From Octopus bimaculoides (Eukaryota): a stretch of DNA of 64,000 nt. Location of the stretch: the NCBI RefSeq assembly GCF_001194135.2, contig NC_068982.1, positions 25,916,831-25,980,830 on the forward strand, written 5' to 3'. Made by a program: the position numbers and the translations under genes. Under the pieces are notes generated by a model, which saw nothing but the letters and a program-made list of their open reading frames with translations, was not told where the DNA came from and did not search any database. Shown piece by piece: positions 14,009-27,649 of this stretch. Each line of letters opens with the position of its first letter. Positions within the stretch are counted from its first letter, which is position 1.

Positions 14009-14089
14009 CTGACGTCTTAAATCTCTAGATTTTTTCTGCCAATTCTCAAGAGCTTCTTCTAGTTCAGCACTTGGTTCTTTCTTACCAGA
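14009..14089 (-). CDS. CTNNA: alpha-catenin coding exon 8 (SGKKEPSAELEEALENWQKKSRDLRRQ; 81 nt)
   Basis: Absent from the ORF track and translated by hand. Acceptor ttttcttcag, donor CAG|GTAAGG, KKxRDLRRQ motif. Confidence 0.94.
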
Positions 14090-17000
14090 CTGAAGAAAAC
14101 AAAATCAGGAAATCGATGCAAAAATCTATTGATTTGGACTTTAGAAAATGATAAACAGAAACAGCTCAGGAATTCTTTTTAGTCTCATGTACAATTTTTG
14201 CCATCTTTAAAAATTATGTTTTATTTATTATTAATCAAGTTTGCTTTAACAAATCATATTTTCTCAATTTGTTTTATATTACTTTATTTCTTTTTATATG
14301 TTTTTAATATTTGAACAAAAAAAATGCTGTGCTTGCATATGTGATGTGCACATAAACATATGTATACACCGACTCATACACACACACACACACACTAAAA
14401 TTATATATACATGTACACCCAAACATTAGGACAAGATTGGCTTAAAAGGTTTAAGACTATTTTTTTGGTCCAGTGAGAATTATATATGCATTATTTTTAA
14501 ATCAGACATCAAAACAAAAGCAAAAGTGGATTGTATGAAATATAAAATAAATCAAAGGAAAAGTACAGGAAAATTGAACACATGATAGTATCGATGGTTA
14601 AACTCTACAAAGCTATTCAGTATTTATAATTTAGAACAGTGTAAAATGCATAAAGTACATGAAGTCATAGACATAAATCTCACTTCTTTAAAGTGATCAT
14701 ATATAACAGCTTTTTGATGAAATGCTCAGTTGACAGCCTTATTAAAGTAAACTGTAAAATGGTAATCGTTTCAACTGCCTTTAAAAACTTCAGAGTAGAA
14801 TGAGTTAACATGCTATAAAAAGAGAAATTGGAGAAGCACTGAAGGGCTTCCCATCAGAAATGTGAGATCTCTCAACAAAATCCTAACTTATTCACTTTTG
14901 TGAACTTTTTAAAGTTATTTGCTGACACAGTTTCACTCTTTCATTTTGACTCTGAAAGTATGTACATGTGTATATGTACATGTGTAGCTGAGGATACACA
15001 AGCATGTATTTAAAAAATACTTTTTTTTCTTCAATAAAAACTGCAGAAATACTTGAAATTATTGTGAAAAAGATTTCAGATTAAAATATGTAACATTTTA
15101 ATTTTCTTTGCCTTGCCTAAAAGTAGTACAAAAAAGAACATTCACACTATCAAAAATTACATATCAAAACAATTATACATTTAATATCAGCAAAACTCAA
15201 AAGTTTAGTTTAATTCAGTATTTTATGTAAGTGTGTATGTGTGTTATTGGATAACTATTCATGCAATGTGATCTTTATTGCAAAACGTGTGCGGAGCAGA
15301 CCACAGAAAAACATCCCGAGAATAAAATGTTAAACTTAGTTGGCAGGAGATGGTATAGTCCTTTTTCTGTTTTTTGTTTTTTTTTAACCACCAATAAGAT
15401 TTCCATGCTTTATATCTTTAAAAAGAAAAAAATTTAGTAATCAATACCCACCCACATATCATTTGATAGGACATGAAAAACTTTGTTCATGATTTAAATA
15501 GCTATTTTATATATTTAGCTTGTTTTTTTTGTGTTTTTTTCTTTTGCTTTTACAGTTTAATTCTCCAACATGTGGAGGCTCTGTTTAAGTACTGAGAGAG
15601 GCAAGAAGTAGATTAAGAGAGGGAAGAAATCAAAAAAAGAAAACACAAACAAAAATGTGAAAAAACATGGAAGGAGTTCTTGAAGACATTAAAAGAAACA
15701 AAACTATTAATATTCCTTTATTTCACCCTTTTGAGCTAATTTCAGATAAACTGGTATATCATATGGATCATATGTAGAATTGGTCCTTCAAATGTCAACA
15801 GGAGGCCAAGCTGACATGTCAAACCATAGCTGAGCACACTGACTGACATTCTATAACTGGCTGCAGTGACTGCGTATCAAATTCAAACAATCTCACCTGC
15901 AGCACTGCACTGAGACTTACACCCAATGTAGTTAACTCATTTCCTTCAAATCTACAAATAGCCAACATGAGATACATACAACTGACTACTAACACTTATT
16001 ATAAGGACCATTTATATTAAACTGAAGAGCCCTTTATGTGGTCACTGCCAAAAATGACAACAGGACAACTTGAATTCAACATGACAATCAAAAAAAGCAC
16101 CCATAAGACAGTGCTCATTCATATATATATATATGTGGCATCCCTATGAATTTTCATAAAGTTTCAATATTTTCTTCAACACAGATGCAACCCACAGGTC
16201 CTCAAGTACTTAAAATCCCACCCCACCACCCAGATACTAAAAATGACTCCATATCTGGACAAAATTTCCTTCATTGGCTGAAGACAAAATATTAATCTAA
16301 TGATTACTATTTAGCTAAGAATGATGAGAGCCAAGAAGATTGAAAATGTCAGAATATAAACTCAGTTGTTGATTAAGCCAAGTCAACCCTTATAAATCAA
16401 AGCAATTTTGGCCATGACTTTTTTTTTTCCTTTCAGCCAGTGTATGTAAGACTATTAATGCAGCTTTTTTTTTTTAAAGATTTTAAGTGTGTTGTGACAG
16501 ATCTGGCTATTTCTAAGAGGCACAGCAGTAATGTAAGCATTTTTTCTGCCACCTCTTCACTGAATTCAAGGATTTTCAAAGCTAGTATCTTACACAATGT
16601 AGCCATTATGCTTTATAATTACTGCCCATTATTCTATTTGAAACAAAAACAAAAGGTTTGCTAGCTTGATCTAATCAAGGTGAAGGAAGGAGAAAATGTC
16701 AGCAATATTTTGAAATAATTTTTTTTAAAAAAACCACACACTTGAAGAAAAAAAAACATTCAGGAAAAAATGTTAAGTTTAGGTGAAAAAATACATTAGG
16801 TAAAAGATGTTGCTTTCTCACAAGGCACAAAGCCACACATTTTTAAGAAGGTTTCAGGAACAAAAGAAACAGAAGTACACAATTGATTTTATGTTGCAAA
16901 GAAATAAAAGCAAAGTCTAATATTTCAAGCTGTAATCCTTCAAGAGAAAAGCAGAAAATTAATAAAAGTTTCATAGCAATAAAGTAAAATTATTGCCAAG

Positions 17001-20000
17001 ACCACATGGATTTCAATGAATGGCCAAATTCTACTGTTTCTTCCTTACAGTGTAAAGTTATTAATAACCTTATATTACCAACATTTTTTTTTTTTTTGTT
17101 CCTGAAATCTTCTTGGAGGCTTTGCACTGGATACACTGGATTGAGTTATCATTATACCCTACAACTGTATTCATGTGGAGTGGTATAATGAGACTAACCA
17201 ATACTGGCACATGACTGATATTCATGTTCATCAACATCTAAGAGATGAAAGACAAAATAAAATCACTGCTGGCAAGGATTTAATCCAGAACATAATGGAA
17301 TGAAAGTAAATGCTGTAAAGCATTTATATTGATCTGGTGTTCTACCATATTTGCCACTCCACCACCTTAATAATAATGAGGATGAAGAGAAGAATGATAA
17401 TTAAGGTGGTAATAATTATGAAAAATTGAATACATTTTTAAAATAATAATATAGGCCTTAAATTTCTGGAAAAGCCAAACAATCTGAATTTTTTAAAAAT
17501 AAATAAAACAAATAACAGCAACTAAATGTTCATGCTTGCTATAGCTTACCATTCTTGTACAATCTTTACTGCTAAAAAGATAAATGCATGTACTGAAATA
17601 ACCAAATGAAAGAAGGAAAAGATAAGCTAATTTTCAGAAAAGAATAAAATGAGCAGAATAGATAAAGAAAAATAATTACTGTGATTTTCAGTAATTACAA
17701 ATGAAATTTTAGTTTTGTTTAGAAAATTTTATTATCAACAAATTTATAATGATTATAAAATTTATATAATCAATGAATAATGAAATAATCTTACTGATAA
17801 AGTGATTATAGTTTTAGTGGGGGAAAACAAACAAAAAATACCAAAAGCCTCAAATAGAAAAGAAAGGGAAAATGAGGTTATGAGAGCGTGTATATCTTTC
17901 CTTAAAGGTAATCAGTGATATGTGCAAAAACTTAGGATAGAAACAAAATTCCATGGGTCTATCACTTCAATTGAGGGAACCCATATCACAATGAAAATAA
18001 ACAAAGTACCTCCTACTTATCAAAATTTAATAATCATAACATTCTAAAATTAGGTTTTACTTAAACTAGTAACAATAATGATAATCTCTTTTCTTGAATG
18101 CAAGGGTCCAAGACATTGGCGAAAGCATATGAAGATTTTGGCTGAATGAAAAAGGTAAATTAAATGTCAACAAAAACCCCAACACAAAGGGGAACAAAAG
18201 CCCCAAGGTCAATCAAGGGAGTTCATAAAGTGACCCCTCCCAACTTTGTTCTACCCTATAAGTGCATGATGAGAGTTAGCCTATTGATTTAGACCATTCT
18301 CCCCACTCTTACCCACCTTTCAGCAAATTCACTGGAGGGGCCTCCCTCCCCATCCATCCATCATTAAAAAGCTTATGTGAAAAAGTCAATAAGAGATTGG
18401 TCAAAGAACAAAGTGTTAAAGTACAAGGGTCGTGAATATGAAATAAGCAAGATGTGTAGTATGAAAATGAAAACAATTCAAATATTGATTGCGATGTTAA
18501 ATATTATAAATATAAAACATTAACCATAATACAAAAGCTATACTAAAAGGTCATAACTTCACATCCAAAAACTAGCCTTGCTGGGCACAGATTACACCCT
18601 ACACAAGACACTTTCAGTCCATTGGTATAGTACATAATTGGCATGATTCCTATGATACATACTCTACACAACTGCCACTCATATTTATTTCTTTATTGCC
18701 CATAGGGGGCTAAACAAAGAGGGGACATACAAGGACAGCCAAAGGGATGAAGTCGATTACATCGACCCCAGTGCGTAACAGGTACTTGTTTAATTGACCC
18801 TGAAAGCATGAAAGACAAAGTCAACCTTGGCGGAATTTGAACTCAGAACGTAGTGGCAGATGAAATACTGCTAAGCATTTTGCTTGGCATGTTAACGACT
18901 CTGCCAGATGCCACCTATATTCTAACACAACTTACACCCTGTACAGTCATGACAAAAAAAATAAACAAACAACTTACATAACATACTCTACACCTATGTG
19001 AAGACTGAAAACAGGCAGACATATTGCCATGTTGAACACACTCAATCGCTCTTATGAATTATTCAACACCATAGTAAAGAAATGCAAACTTTATTTGGTA
19101 GTCTCATTAATATGATCTCTGATAATACTTTGGTGGAAATGGGGGCTGGTATTTGTTAGTTTAAGAACCACTATTCTACACAGTTACCACTCAATAAGAC
19201 AACTTCATACAGCACATACTTTACCTGGTCACCACCCAATGCAATGTGCTTATACACAACCACTCATAACTCACACTGCATATATTCTACACAAAAGATA
19301 GCCAAAACACTAACAGGTCACCAGAAACAACAATGCAAAACTGATGCTGCAGACAAATACAGTTCTCCATTCCAAAAAGAATGTTGCACACATAAAAGTG
19401 CAGCTAGTGGTACACTAGAAACTCAGTCAAAACATAATATTGGTTTCAAATTTTGGCACATGGTCAGCAATTTTAGAGGGAAGCATAAGTCAATTACATT
19501 GAATCCAGTGCTCAACTGGTAATTATTTAATCGGCCTTGATAAAATAAGTAAAATAGACACAAGAACACATGTTGGGTGAGATAGTCAATTACATTGGTC
19601 ATCTAGTACTTAACAGGAACTTATTTCATTGAACTCAGGAGGAAGAAAAACAAAGTCGATCTAGTAAAACATGAAACCAGTTATAAGGCACTTTTTTTTG
19701 ACAAGTCTTTTCTATTTAAGATTTGTTTACTTGCATCCATATTCATGTATGTCTATTAGGCAAGTGAGATAAACACTTGGTTCTTTGTATCCTTCTGGTT
19801 AGTGTATGGCAACGGCCATCACATGTTCAGTTATGAAGGCAGAAGTCAAAAGGAAAAATAAAAAGCGCAGTGTATATCTCTTTCAATAGATGTGCATTCA
19901 GAAGTATGGCTACACATGGAACTAAGAGAAAGTGCTTAAACAGAATTTTCCATGGTAACTATTAAGAATTACCATTAACGCCTATGACAAGGCAAACAAA

Positions 20001-20470
20001 TAAAACCATAAAACTGCCTATCTCTTTCGCTATATTTCTGATTATTATGCTTATTTTTCTTTTTACTCACTACCTTCTGATTTGAAGAAGCATCATATCA
20101 GATTTTAGAAAAAGAAAAAGAAAAAAGAAAGACATTTAAAAAGGCTTAGCTCATTTCTCAAAATAATTCAATTGACATTCAATATTCTCTTATGATTCTT
20201 TGCATTGTAACAACAATACCTATGAGAATACGGATGCCAATTTATATCAGTTTTACCTTTCTTTTGTAATTGTTAGCAGCATGGAGAGAGAGACTTGTAT
20301 CTTTTTATATACACACACAAAACCCTTCTCCAAGCTCGCACCCAAGAGAGTAATTTTCCCGATGCAAATTATCCATAGTCAACTATGACCAAAGGGGACC
20401 ATATATATATATATATATATTATATAAGTCAGTAAATAGTGGGGTTGTGTTAACCGCACGTGGAGAAATA

Positions 20471-22137
20471 ATAGGAAAATGAAAAATAATAATAAGGCAG
20501 AATGCTAAACTGGAAGCATATTTTAATAAAGATTTCTAACTGGCTTTCATTGCATAGCAAATTTTCAAGAAGAGGGAGAATGAAAATGTTTTTTACAAAG
20601 AAGTACAAAATGAAGAAAATAATATATTAAAAAAATAATATATAAAAAAATAAATATACCAATACATTATATTGTCTTTGAGCTTTTGAAGTTCAATGAT
20701 AATTCANNNNNNNNNNNNNNNNNNNNNNNNNNNNNNNNNNNNNNNNNNNNNNNNNNNNNNNNNNNNNNNNNNNNNNNNNNNNNNNNNNNNNNNNNNNNNN
20801 NNNNNNNNNNNNNNNNNNNNNNNNNNNNNNNNNNNNNNNNNNNNNNNNNNNNNNNNNNNNNNNNNNNNNNNNNNNNNNNNNNNNNNNNNNNNNNNNNNNN
20901 NNNNNNNNNNNNNNNNNNNNNNNNNNNNNNNNNNNNNNNNNNNNNNNNNNNNNNNNNNNNNNNNNNNNNNNNNNNNNNNNNNNNNNNNNNNNNNNNNNNN
21001 NNNNNNNNNNNNNNNNNNNNNNNNNNNNNNNNNNNNNNNNNNNNNNNNNNNNNNNNNNNNNNNNNNNNNNNNNNNNNNNNNNNNNNNNNNNNNNNNNNNN
21101 NNNNNNNNNNNNNNNNNNNNNNNNNNNNNNNNNNNNNNNNGACAAATGTTTTTAGTTGGAGTTATGAACTCTTTTTCAACAGGAAGTTTATGTCTGTTCC
21201 TAGAGAAATAAGGTCACTGAGGGGTATGTGTGTTAAGAAATGGTTGGAATTTCTCTATGAAAAGATTCTCCTTGTTGATTCTTTCTTGTGTGGAGATTCT
21301 GTCTTTACATTGATAGAAAGGGAATATAAGGAATTTAGGGTTTTTGTTTCTGGCGCAAGAGTCTATGTGGCCACTGAGTGGATACCTGCCCCTACCTACT
21401 TGAAGGCTCTGAATTTACCTTCAAACGAGGAAGAAAGTTTAAAATCAAAACTAATTTCTCTTGTTCCTCTGGAAACCTCATTTATGCCCTCACGTGCGCA
21501 GGTTGCCAAAACTTCTATATCGGACAGACGAGCCTCCTGTTGCATAGAAGAGTAGCAATCCATAAAGAACAAATAAATCTCCCTCAATACCGCCAAATTC
21601 TATCAATGTAAAGACAGAATCTCCACACAAGAAAGAATCAACAAGGAGAATCTTTTCATAGAGAAATTCCAACCATTTCTTAACACACATACCTCTCAGA
21701 GACCTTATTTCTCTAGGAACAGACATAAACTTCCTGTTGAAAAAGAGTTCATAACTCCAACTAAAAACATTTGTCTCCCCTTACACACACTTCCTGTTTT
21801 GACACCACACTTCCTGCTTAACACAAACTTTTAGCCCTTTTTTTAAGCCTAACACAACTCTCAGTTCTCATGCATCCTTATTTTTCCAACCATTATATAC
21901 ATGAATTACCATTGAACTTCAAAAGCTCAAAGACAATATAATGTATTGGTATATTTATTTTTTTATTTATAATTTTTTTTATATATTATTTTCTTCATTT
22001 TGTACTTCTTTGTAAAAAACATTTTCATTCTCCCTCTTCTTGAAAATTTGCTATGCAATGAAAGCCAGTTAGAAATCTTTATTAAAATATGCTTCCAGTT
22101 TAGCATTCTGCCTTATTATTATTTTTCATTTTCCTAT
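20471..22137. mobile_element. Penelope-like retroelement fragment (GIY-YIG endonuclease end) with an inverted duplicate of its 3' end
   Basis: The plus-strand ORF at 21378 reads FKIKTNFSCSSGNLIYALTCAGCQNFYIGQT...RRVAIH, a GIY-YIG-type signature. The C-terminus FYQCKD...KENLFIEKFQPFLN is present on both strands. Near-identical inverted arms 20471-21318 (containing an N-gap) and 21598-22137. Confidence 0.85.
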
Positions 22138-23073
22138 CTATATATATATATATATATATTTGCATTGCTAACTTTCTTCAAAGAAATTGTTTTACAATCT
22201 ACTTATTGGCCTGTTTAAGTACTTTTATTTCATTTTACTCTCTAAACTAAATTTCATTTTCTGTTTAATCCATGGCCAGCACACATCTAAATATGTTGAA
22301 AATTTTTTTTTTTTTTTTTCAAAACAACCGACATTTAATTGTGGAGGAGACAACACGGTAATAGAAGGCGGCAAGACATTTCTAATTTTTGGTTTCAGTG
22401 AACAAATAAATCTACAGATGTAAGGTGACCTTGGTCGACATCCTAAATTTGGCAGAACGTATTGCTTGATGCTGTATAACAAGCTAAGAATAAATGCAAT
22501 AGCCACTTTAAGATTGGTAAAGTGGAAGTTTAGAAAGGATAATGAACTATAAAAAAAAAATGTTTAATAAATTTAACAACAATTTGTGCAAACATATCAA
22601 TTTGAAGACCAACCCTCTCTAAATGAATAGAAGCTAGCATGGCTAAATAAAAACTGAAAATATAAAAATCACAAAATGTAAATATTTCTCCTGTAGGCTT
22701 ATTGCTTTCATAGATAGTTCATTAGCATCAGCAAAATTCTGCACAATATTTTAACTTTTCTTTAAAATTCAAGTCAACAGAAGAAAAGCTAGTTAAGCAT
22801 TACATTTTTGAACAGAGATGTGATCTATACAAATGATGAGCAAGCAAACGATGCTAAAGTAAACAGCTGAAGAATGAAATAGCACACACAGCCATGAGCT
22901 ATTATATGTTAAAAAGATAACATAAAACAATGGAACAGTATTCAGTTTACTAAATCAATCTCAATATAGTAAGGCAGAAACTGGATTGAAAGGGGCTAGA
23001 AGATATATGGCAAAGAGAGAACCTTCATAGGTAGATGGTAGAAATAAAGAAATTAGTGATATCTTTTTTTTTT

Positions 23074-24030
23074 TTTACTTGTTTCAGTCACTGGATTGTA
23101 GGACATGCTAGAACATCACCATGAAGAGATATCATTGAGCAAATTAACCCCAGTATTTTTTTTTTTAATTCTAAGTCTGGTGCTTATTCTATTGGTCTCT
23201 GAAAAGTTACAGGACATAAACAAACCAACTCTAGTTGTCAAGAGGTGAAGGACTGGAGAAACAAACACAAAAACATGTGTAGATGGGTTTCTATACAGTT
23301 TCCATCTACCAAATATTCACTTGCAAGGCATTGGTTGATCTGGACCAAAAAAAGAAGACACTTGCTCAAGGTGCTGCACAGTAGGATTGAACCCAAAACT
23401 AAACTGCAAAGCAAGCTTCTTGACCACAGAACCATGTCTGCGCCTATATGTGAAGTTTAACCTACAAGTTAACAGAATCTTCTCAGGAGAATTCAAACAG
23501 AACTGAAAAACTCTTAGAAAGAGGAGAGTGCAATGTATGTTTGAGTCATGAATAAGTAATTTTTCTTTGTTAAGTCTAGTACTTATTCAATTGTCTTTCT
23601 CTTTTTTTTCATTTTGCAAAGCTCTCTTTACTCTTTTACTTGTTTCAGTCATTTGACTGTGGCCATGCTGGAGTACCACTTTTAGTCAAGCAAATCAACC
23701 CCAGGACTTATTCTTTGTAAGCCTAGCACTTATTCTATTGGTCCCATTTGCCGAACTGCTAAAATACGGGGACGTAAACACACCAGCATCGGTTGTGAAG
23801 CAATGTGGGGGGGGGGGACTAAACTGTTGAGTTACTGCGACATTAACAAACCAACACCAGTTGACAAAAGGTGGTATGTTAGGGGAAATAAATACAAACA
23901 AGCTACCACAGTTTCTGCTTACCAAATTCATTTTCAAGGACTTAGTTGGTTTAGGGCTATAGTAGAAGACACTTGCCTAAAACCACATGGGCCACAAAGC
24001 AAGCTTTTCAACCTACACAGCCATGCCTAC
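23074..24030 (-). mobile_element. two tandem copies of the same SINE family (~23074-23445 and ~23631-24030)
   Basis: Both show tacttgtttcagtca...gg.catgct and ...gaagacacttgc.. motifs matching the 42676 copy. Confidence 0.75.
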
Positions 24031-26169
24031 ATCTAATATATAAAAACAAAGTAATTGCTTATATTATGTACAGGGCTGGTATTAGAATGTAGGTTTTACA
24101 ACTATTACAGCCAGCAATAACTGAAACAAATGGGTCTGCTATGTTTTTAAGTGGAAGAGTATATTTCTGCAGCTTTTTGTTTTTCGTTTGTGTAAATAAC
24201 TAAATTTTTGAAGTAACATAGCACACAACTTGACTAGCATACTTAATATGTTTGAAAGAAAAATTTCTTTAATTGAACTTCGTAGCTTCACTAATTCAAG
24301 ATATCAGAACAGACACTTAACCAATCAATAAATGAAACAAATCAGACAAAAACAGCAGTGCATCATTTTCAATAGTTATATGTCTCTTGCAGAGAGAGGA
24401 TGATGCTGCAAGGCCAACTCTTTATCAGTTCACTTGTTTACAAAGCCTTGCTGGTTGCAGTTGACATTTTTCACTGATGTCAACTTTTAATACATTCATA
24501 GCAACAGTATCAAAGATAGCAAATCTGATTCAATGTCTGTCATTTAGAAAACAAAAAAACTAAAATCAGAATTCAAGTTGTGATTCAGAAATTGAAATTC
24601 AAAAAACAAACAAAATTCAATACATAAAAAGAACAAGTCAAAACTAATGAACTTTCTAGATTTAAATTTTTAGCTGTTGCTTTACAGTTATATTTTTGTT
24701 TTCCTAGTTCCATTTTCAACCAGCTACCAATTACACTTTCTGCAATCATGTCAGTTTTATTCAGAAATAGCAAAACAAAGAAAAGCCAAGAGGGAGAGAG
24801 GAAGGGAATGTGTATGAGTGGCTGCACCTCTGTATGTCTTTGTTATGCATCTTAAGCTTTAACAATTTCAATTTGGGGACCAAATATGTATGCACACAAC
24901 CAAATCTCACCATACTCATCCCTAAGCATAAAGAGATATTCTTGTTTCTTGGTAGATATTTTTATCAAATAACTTATCAAGCCAAAAAGATGTCAGTTGA
25001 ATATCTAATAGTCAAATTCTCTTCAAACCACACTCTACCATCATAAAAAAGGACATATTCAATAATGGAGCCCAAGACATTATTCATGAAAAATAAAGAA
25101 AAAGAAAAAATGGTATGGTTTGAATGCCTGATCATAGGGTTGATCAAGTTGATTGATCTGGACCAATTTGGTGCTAAACAAACAATAAGCATCTAATACT
25201 GAAATGCTACCTATTTGCCAGATGGAACAAATATATGTAGTCAAAATAGGACACACTGGTTAACAAAATCTTAACAGATATTATTGTTAATTAGAGACAA
25301 ATAAACTAACAGTTACAAAAATACAAATCTCTTCCATAAACTCACAAAAAGAGAAAAGAAGCTTCAGTTTTCAGTTTTAATGATAGGGATAAAAACATCT
25401 TTGTGAATTAGATATGTTAAAGTTAATTCAAATTTTAAAATTACAAAACAAAGTCTTTATCACGAGGAAATAAAACTTTCAGACACTAAAAATGTTGAAA
25501 AAATTCAATAAGGTCCTGGATAAAGGTGGGGTGGAGGAAGTTGCACCTTGTAAAATAAGGAATTACTCATCTATCTTAGTTCACTGATTCATGCATTCTA
25601 AAATGGTACACCAATACCTTATCCTATAGGCTATTTTTGCCTGAAGACAATAACATATTACGCACTTACATTCCATCTCTTACACATAAGCAAATGCACA
25701 TAAATCATGTATGTGCATACACAACTTTTGTGACATGCAAACAAATCTGTTAATCAGACAATCTTAAAAAATGATAAATGTTTAGTAAACATTCAACTAT
25801 CCTGGCTGCTTTCTGACACTACTCCCTAGTTTAACATTTATTCACTAAGCTAACTGATAGCAAAATTAATCCAACCAATAACCAAATTAGCCCCAGAGAT
25901 TTTGCATTTAATGTGAGTTTGTGATACTTTTCAGTAGTGCACAAGAGGCAGATTCCAGAATCAATTATTTCTCCTTTAATATTTTTAATTATGTTGTTTT
26001 AACTCCCAAATGTATTTAGACATTGATGTGTTTATTTTGTGGGGGTTNNNNNNNNNNNNNNNNNNNNNNNNNNNNNNNNNNNNNNNNNNNNNNNNNNNNN
26101 NNNNNNNNNNNNNNNNNNNNNNNNNNNNNNNNNNNNNNNNNNNNNNNNNNNNNNNNNNNNNNNNNGGGG

Positions 26170-26570
26170 GGGGGGGATAAATTCAGGAATGTGCAAATGG
26201 GCTTTGTGTATCTGTCTTTGGTACTTCTACTAATGGTACAATATAGTATTTTTCAGTTTGCCTTAGCCCATGTATATTCATAAATGGTTTCCATGTAATG
26301 AGCATGTCCTTGTTCCAGTACTGTAGCAGGAGTTTGCAGCTGTTTATTGCATATTCTTTGCTATGTTTAGTGATTGTATAGTATGTTTTATAATTTTTAT
26401 GTAGCTGTAGCTAACTTTTACATTGTTTCTCTATTGATTAGTTTGTGATATTTGTTCTACTGGGAAGTGCTTGCTAATTAGTGTTTGGAGGGTGTGAGCA
26501 GCATCTGGGGCTACATTTAAGCTGAAGGGTAAACGGAGGCTGGGTTTTTTTCTAGGTTTCTTTTGTTGTT
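26170..26570 (-). mobile_element. degenerate Penelope-like element remnant (RT-EN linker region)
   Basis: Hand translation PFSLNV...LISKHFP...RNNVKVSYS...KDRY resembles the conserved PLE linker. Contains stops. Confidence 0.55.
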
Positions 26571-27460
26571 ATTAATTTATTGTATCTAAGGTAGGAGTTG
26601 CAGTTTCTTTTTGAATCCGTTTGCTTAAAGGACTTCATTGTAGAACAGTGCTGTTTAGTCAGATATTCGTTTGTCAAATGGAATTGTTTATATTCTTCAG
26701 CTTATGCTACTGACTAAGGTTTTGATTATCAATAGTAGGTGGTCTGAGCTGATGAAGAGGCAGACAAATAAGTCAGTCAGCAAATGCAAGCCAATAAAAA
26801 CATCAGCATAAGACCACACCCACATTAAATATAAATATACCACCAAAACAGAGTTCTCAACTAAAAATTGCAGTGGTATGAAACCTGAGTTGCATGATCA
26901 ATATTCTGTTTCCATAACATACATATAAGGCATAATCCTAAGTTTCAAGAACTGAATTACTGCTCATTCGCTTATAAATTAAAACTTTGTTGCAGCCATT
27001 CTGTTTCACAATTAAACTAGGCAGATATGTGCCTCAGTCTAGTTGACAACTAACAGGTTGCTACTGTTAGTTAAATGCCAAGCAATAAAAAGAAAGACCA
27101 AATGCCACACCACCTGTTTTACAAACCATAGGAGTGTCTTGTACAGAATTGATCTGCCTAATATACCAACCAAATTTACTGCTCATTCAGAATACTCTCT
27201 ACATATATTTTCAAATGAAAAACCATTTTAGGAAAGCATGCCTGTAGTAAAGGCAGGAGGGCTACTGACATGATATTAAACAAACTGAAATTCAACCAAC
27301 AAATACAGACACAAGCTGGACATTTATGTAAGACATGGATAATGCCTGTGGGTCACTTAATAGTCTGACTGGCTAACCTTCGTGGTATTCAATCTGTTCT
27401 ATCTAGGTTGATCTTGGCTAAGCAAAAAGATTAGTGCACACACAAAAATATAATGTAGGT

Positions 27461-27608
27461 GCAGGCATGACTGTGTAGTTAAGAAGTTTACTTCTCAACT
27501 ACATGGCTTTATATTCAGTACCATTGTGTAACACCAGGGAAAGTGTCTTCTATAGCCCTCAACAAATCAAAGCCTTGTAAGTGGATTTGGTAGACAGAAC
27601 TCTTAAGA

Positions 27609-27646
<38 letters not shown>
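27461..27646 (+). mobile_element. SINE head followed by (GT)n
   Basis: gcaggcatgactgtgtagttaagaag...aaagtgtcttctatagc...gccttgtaagtggatttggtagac. Confidence 0.7.

Positions 27647-27649
<3 letters not shown>

Noticed and set aside
15898-15951. AG...GT bounded 31/55-nt segment with good splice signals in the large intron
   Set aside because: Its length is not a multiple of three, so it would frameshift between two phase-0 exons, and there is no other support.
20686-21555. 289-aa plus-strand ORF
   Set aside because: It is mostly N-gap plus the antisense/alternate frame of the Penelope-like fragment. The real coding frame is the 21378 ORF and the minus-strand copy.
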